A stretch of 64,000 bases of DNA. Origin: Piromyces finnis finn. Lineage: Eukaryota > Fungi > Neocallimastigomycota. The stretch is from NCBI GenBank assembly GCA_002104945.1, contig MCFH01000021.1, forward strand, positions 62,001-126,000, written 5' to 3'. Position 1 is the first letter of the stretch. Each line of letters begins with the position of its first letter. Under the pieces are notes generated by a model that ran no database searches, had not been told where the DNA came from, and saw only the letters and a program-made list of their open reading frames with translations. Below are positions 58,611 to 64,000 of the stretch, piece after piece. The translations under genes were made by a program, and so were the position numbers.

Positions 58611-61600
58611 TGAATTAAAAATTAATAAAAATATTAATTTGTACATACGTTGTAGTCAATGTAATTGCTAGAAACAAATTTATATTTGCTTTTGTTATTT
58701 CACATCCTTTCATTTAGAATTTTTGATAAAAATTATAAAAATAAATAAGAATGATTTTAAAATTAATTTATTATTAAATGTTACAAGATAAAATCATTAA
58801 TATTATTTACTATATATAATAATAGTTAATAAGTAAGCTTTTAGTTGCTGAAATAAATTATCAACATCGTTAATAGTATTAATTTAAACAATTTATACAC
58901 ATACACACATACAATTTTTAATAATAAATTAATGTTAATATAATAAACGTTCTTTGTATTAAAATAGTTTTTTTTTTAATAAGCTGAAAAAAACAAAATT
59001 TTGTTTATATTCTAACCTAATCTATTTTTCTGTAATGCAATATTTTCTTTTTACTTAATGAAGCTTCTTTTTAAAAGAAATTAATTAAAAAAAATATATT
59101 AAGAAAATAAATAAAATAAATTGATATGCCTGTTTTTTTTTTTCTTTAGAATTTTATATTAACAAAGATGTTATATGTAACGAAACAAATCAACAAAACA
59201 ATGACACAGTAATAAATAATTAATGATAGTAATGACAAGTAGATTTATTTTTCAACATATTAATGAATATTGATAAGTGTTTGATATATATTTATAGTAA
59301 AACAGAGTATTATAGTTAATCTTTAACATTTATAAATATTTACTCATGATCTTGAATTATAATATCTAAATATGTAGATAAAATATTTAATAATAATGCA
59401 TCTATTAATTAAGCATATTTAAAAAAAAAACAAACAAACCCAAATTAATTATAAAATTATCATGCTATTAAATATTTCTTATTTTTATTTTATTATTTAT
59501 ATAAGTAAAATGATATATTATTTGTATAGTTATTTTTAAAAATACAAATGCATTTTTAAATATAAAGTTATACATATTTTATTATTATGATGATTTAAAA
59601 AATTTTTAATTTATCCATTTAAAGATTAATATTTTAAATTTTATAAAGTTTTCTTTTTTAATGTATAGCTAATTATGTATATGTATAAATATTTTGAAAG
59701 CTATATTTTTTCCAATTAATATTTATATATTTGTGAATCAAAATTGTTAATCTTTTAATTTGATTATTATCAAAAATTCTATTATAAATAAATAGTTATT
59801 AAATTGTATTTTAATGATATATGTAATGATAATCCATTAATTAAAAATGAATTTAAGATATAATACTATTTATAATAATTAAATGATTATAGAAACTATG
59901 TAATAAAAAATTCATTTTAGTTATTCCATAATTCCATACTCAAATTAATATATATTTTAATAAATAATTTTGAATAATATTAAAAAGTAAAAAGTTCAAA
60001 ACTTTCTTTTTCTTGTAATATGTAAAAATTAATTTTTTTAAAAAATATATTAATTAATTTTTTTATAAATTTAATTAATATTAATATAATTAAACTTTTT
60101 CATTTAATTTTATATAGATTCATAAATAATATGAATTTTAAATAATTAACTAGAATATGATATATATATAATATTCGTTATAATAATACTTTTAATTATA
60201 ATTAAATATTAATTATGGTACACATATTATTACATATAGATTAAATGCATTTTTGATAGTACAAAAAATCTTGAGTATACTTTTTTTTTTTTTTTGTTTT
60301 TTATTGCCTAGAATAGGGAATATAGAACCAAAATATAAAAAATAAAATTTTTAAATAAAAGATTTAATATGATATGATATTAGATATACAATTTTACTCA
60401 TATCTATAACCTTTTGCTTTTTTAATCATTATTTAAATATTATAAATATATATAATTTTTTAATATTCAACTAAAATTACTATATATATAATATTATTTA
60501 AAAATAAAAAAATTAAACATTTTAGATGGATTTGTATATTATTATGGATACATCGAAATATTACAAACTTTGATAAAGTCTATTTATTTATAATAAATAT
60601 AATATATATAACATTATTTTCGAGTATTTTTTTTTAATTTATAAATGAGGATAAAAAAAATAAAATAATAATTCTTCAGTCATAAAATTATTATTTACAT
60701 TATTAAAAAGCAATATAAATAAAAATCAAATATTATTTTAAAATAATATTTCAAAAATAATTATAATTTTGATATCTTACTACTACACTTTTTTTTTTTG
60801 AAAAAAAAAATATAATTAAAAAATTTTAATTATGATTTATATATTTAATTTAAATTTTAATAATTAAATTTGCAATATAGCAATATATATTTTATATTAC
60901 TTTCATATATTATATTTTTAATTAAATTTTTTAATTAATGAATTTTTTTTATATACAAAAAAAAAGAAAAAAAAAAAAAGTTAAGAATTAATAGTTTAAT
61001 GTTTTATAATTAGTAGAAAGTAAATTATAATATTTTTTCTTAAGTTTTTATATAATTTTCTTATTATTTTTAAAATATAAAGGTCGAGTAAATATTGCTA
61101 AAAGTTTTTCATTGTGAAATTACTAAATAAAAAATAATATTTCGTATATGAATATCTACAATATCTACACATTGAACAATTCATTTTTAATTGGAAATAT
61201 ATAATAAAAAGAACATTTCATATATTATAATTATAATTGCAACAAATCATTTAAATAAAAAAGAAGGATAAACACAACAATTATTATTATTCGTTTATTA
61301 AATAATTACTCAGCAAAATTAAAATCAATAATAAAAAATATAAATATATATATTTTTAACAGTGTAAAAAGTCATTTATTATTTGCTATATATACGTAAA
61401 ATTTATTCATTTGCTATATATTAAGGCTAAATGGAATAATTGCTGGAAACATTTTAAAATTTTGAATTAAATTTAAAAGTAAATATTTTATTTTTTATTT
61501 TTATTCAATATAATTAATTAAAATTTTTCAAAGTATATTTAACAACTCTTTTTTTATAGTAATAATATACATATTATATATTTAATTAAAATTCATTAAA

Positions 61601-61702
61601 TATATTAAAACAAATTTATCATAATAATAATTTACAGTAATATTCAAACATCTATATTACAAAAACAAATAAAGCAAATTATTAATATTAATATATATAA
61701 AA

Positions 61703-64000
61703 ATGTTGAAAAAATCTACACCCTCAAAATCTTCTGAATTAGATAGAGTATACATTGTTGCTGGAATTGGTAAATATTTAATAATTTATTTTTTAATTTT
61801 TATAATTAATAATAATTAAGAAAGTATTTATTCATTATTTTTTGCTATATTGAAAATATTAATAAATATTTTTATATTATTATTATTTATTAAGATTTTG
61901 GTACAACATGTTCGGGTTTTGCTTTTGCAAATAAAAAGGATTCAGATAAGACTACTACACCCATTTTAAATGATTATATTAATTGGTAAATTAATTAGTA
62001 TATTTAATACTTATTCGAAATATATTGTTATTATTAATTGATATTTAATTTTGTTTAAATATGTTATTTATTAAATAATTTCAAAAATTTATTCCTTCAA
62101 ATAATGCATAATATAATTTTATAGGAGAGACCAGCCATTTGCTTTCCCAAAAACATCAACTTCAATTCTTTATGATCATGAGGGTAATATTAAGAAATGG
62201 GGCTGGTCGGCTGATAAATATAAAACAAGTCATGCCGGGGATTATTACGTTAAAAATATTAAACTATATTTAGATGAAGATCTTCTTCCAACTCTTCCAA
62301 ACCCAAGAACATTTTTACCACCAGGAAAAATTGTTGTCGATGTCATAGCTGACTATTTAAAAAAATTATTAGAAGTTTTGATGGATGAATTACGTGAAAA
62401 GTATGGTAATGATGTTGGTATTGAAAATGTATTATTTTGTCTTACTGTACCAGCAATGTGGAGTGACCGTGCTAAACATTCAATGCGTGTTGCAGCTGAA
62501 AAAGCTGGAATGGTTCAAAGTCGTTATTCTCAACGTCTTATTCTTGTTTTAGAACCCGAAGCTGCAGCATATTATATTATGAATTATTCTCCAAGAAAAA
62601 TAGGTTTAGAACCAAATGATCGACTTATGGTTGTTGATGCTGGTGGTGGTACAGCTGATTTAATTGTTCATCGTTTAAAACGTTCAGGTAATTTAGAAGA
62701 GGTTTGTCGTGGTAGTGGTGAAAGTTGTGGATCCACTTTTGTTGATGAAGAGATGTATACATGGTTAAAAAATAAATTAGGTCCTGTTTGGAAAAGAATG
62801 GAAGCTGATAATATTTCTTTAGCAGAATATTTTAATGAACCATGGCAAAAAATTAAGTTAAGTTTTAGAGGTGATATGGATGACGTTTCATTTGACATCC
62901 CAGCGAAACTATCTAAAGCGTATATGACTAATGAGGATCGTGCTCGTTTAAATGGAGGCGATGAAATTATAATTACAGAAAATGATATACGTAACTTTTT
63001 CCATAATTCAGTAGTAAAAATTAAGAAACTTATTCGTGATTTGTTAGATGAATGTGGTGGCAAAATTGAAAAATGTATTTTAGTTGGTGGTTTTGGTAGT
63101 TCTCAATATTTATTAAATTGTATTAAAAAAGATTTTGGTTCATGTTTTAACCAAATTTTAAGAACTGAGGAACCAGGTTCTGCTATTTTAAAAGGTGCTG
63201 TCCTTTGTGGTCTTGATCCATTCTTTATTCAAGCTCGTCGTTGTGCTCTTTCATACGGAATTGAAGCTATTGCTAAAGTATCATCATGGAAATTGGGTAT
63301 TATTCCAGGAAAGAAGAAGAAGCCTGGACTTTTCATTCAAATTGCAGAAAAGGGAGAGCTTATTGAAGCTTCACAGGTAATAATATATATATATATATAA
63401 ATGAGATATAGCTATATATATTGATAATAAGCAAGCATTCAAAATTTGATTTACTAATATTTTTTTTACCTTATGAATTATATATTATTGATTATAATAG
63501 TATAAAGAAAAGGGTATTTTTAGACCAGCTAAACCAAATCAAACCATTTTACCTATTAAGATTTATTCAATTAATGAAAGAAAAGCCGAATTTAAACGTG
63601 TACATAAAGATGGTTTTTCATATCATGGAAAAATTAGTGTGAGCATGCCTGATGTAGGAAGAGGTATCGATCGTCCAGTTATGGTTAGAATGTACCTAGG
63701 TCAACCGGATATTAAAGTTGTTGCTATTAATGTAAATACTGGTGAAGAATATTCTACTACCTTTAATCCATTTGCCAGTTTAGAAGATATGCAAAATAGT
63801 GGTAGTTCTCAATACAATTACAGTAAATTATCACACACGTATATTTGTATATTATTTTTTTTTAAAAGAAAGTAATAATATTAATTTAGTTTTTTTTCTT
63901 TTTACAAATCGTTTCTTCTTTATTTCTATTGAAAATATATTTACTAATTAATAGCAAGTGTTGATACTATGAATAAAAGTTTAATATCCCGCGCATCACA
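61703..64000 (+). CDS. HSPA12-type atypical Hsp70 (actin-like ATPase fold), runs off the window
   Basis: VAGIDFGTTCSGFAF, PKTSTSILYD, FCLTVPAMW, LEPEAAA, VVDAGGGTAD, CGSTFVD, ILVGGFGSSQYL; no canonical Hsp70 substrate-binding domain or EEVD seen within the window. Confidence 0.88.

Overview
Extremely AT-rich, intron-dense eukaryotic genomic DNA. The composition, long (AAT)n tracts, poly-Asn proteins and centriole genes point to an anaerobic gut fungus (Neocallimastigomycota); this is an inference. About 14 host genes: a two-RRM RBMS/MSSP/Spo5-like protein, SAS-4/CENPJ, a stand-alone LolD-type ABC ATPase, a FAM227-like protein, a Cys-rich membrane protein, a DUF2415 WD40 protein, NELF-C/D, an unknown 9-exon gene, PUF6, a uridine kinase with a degenerate UPRT-like tail, an F-BAR-PH-C2-RasGAP, Kaptin, NUF2, a BSP-family HExxH peptidase and an HSPA12-like Hsp70 cut by the window edge. 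There is also one Ty1/copia retrotransposon. Items the ORF track does not show: (1) an intergenic box H/ACA snoRNA on the minus strand (38851-38988) whose first pocket fits SSU rRNA CCCUU-U-G-UACAC (the human U70/18S-Psi1692 site), with two CCAAT boxes upstream; (2) a copia primer-binding site complementary to the anticodon arm of tRNA-Lys(CUU), implying half-tRNA-Lys priming; (3) identical LTRs and a non-CA terminus around a broken pol; (4) an F-BAR fused to a RasGAP; (5) NELF and KICSTOR subunits that budding yeast lacks. Gene models were spliced by eye, and family assignments come from remembered motifs, not database searches.
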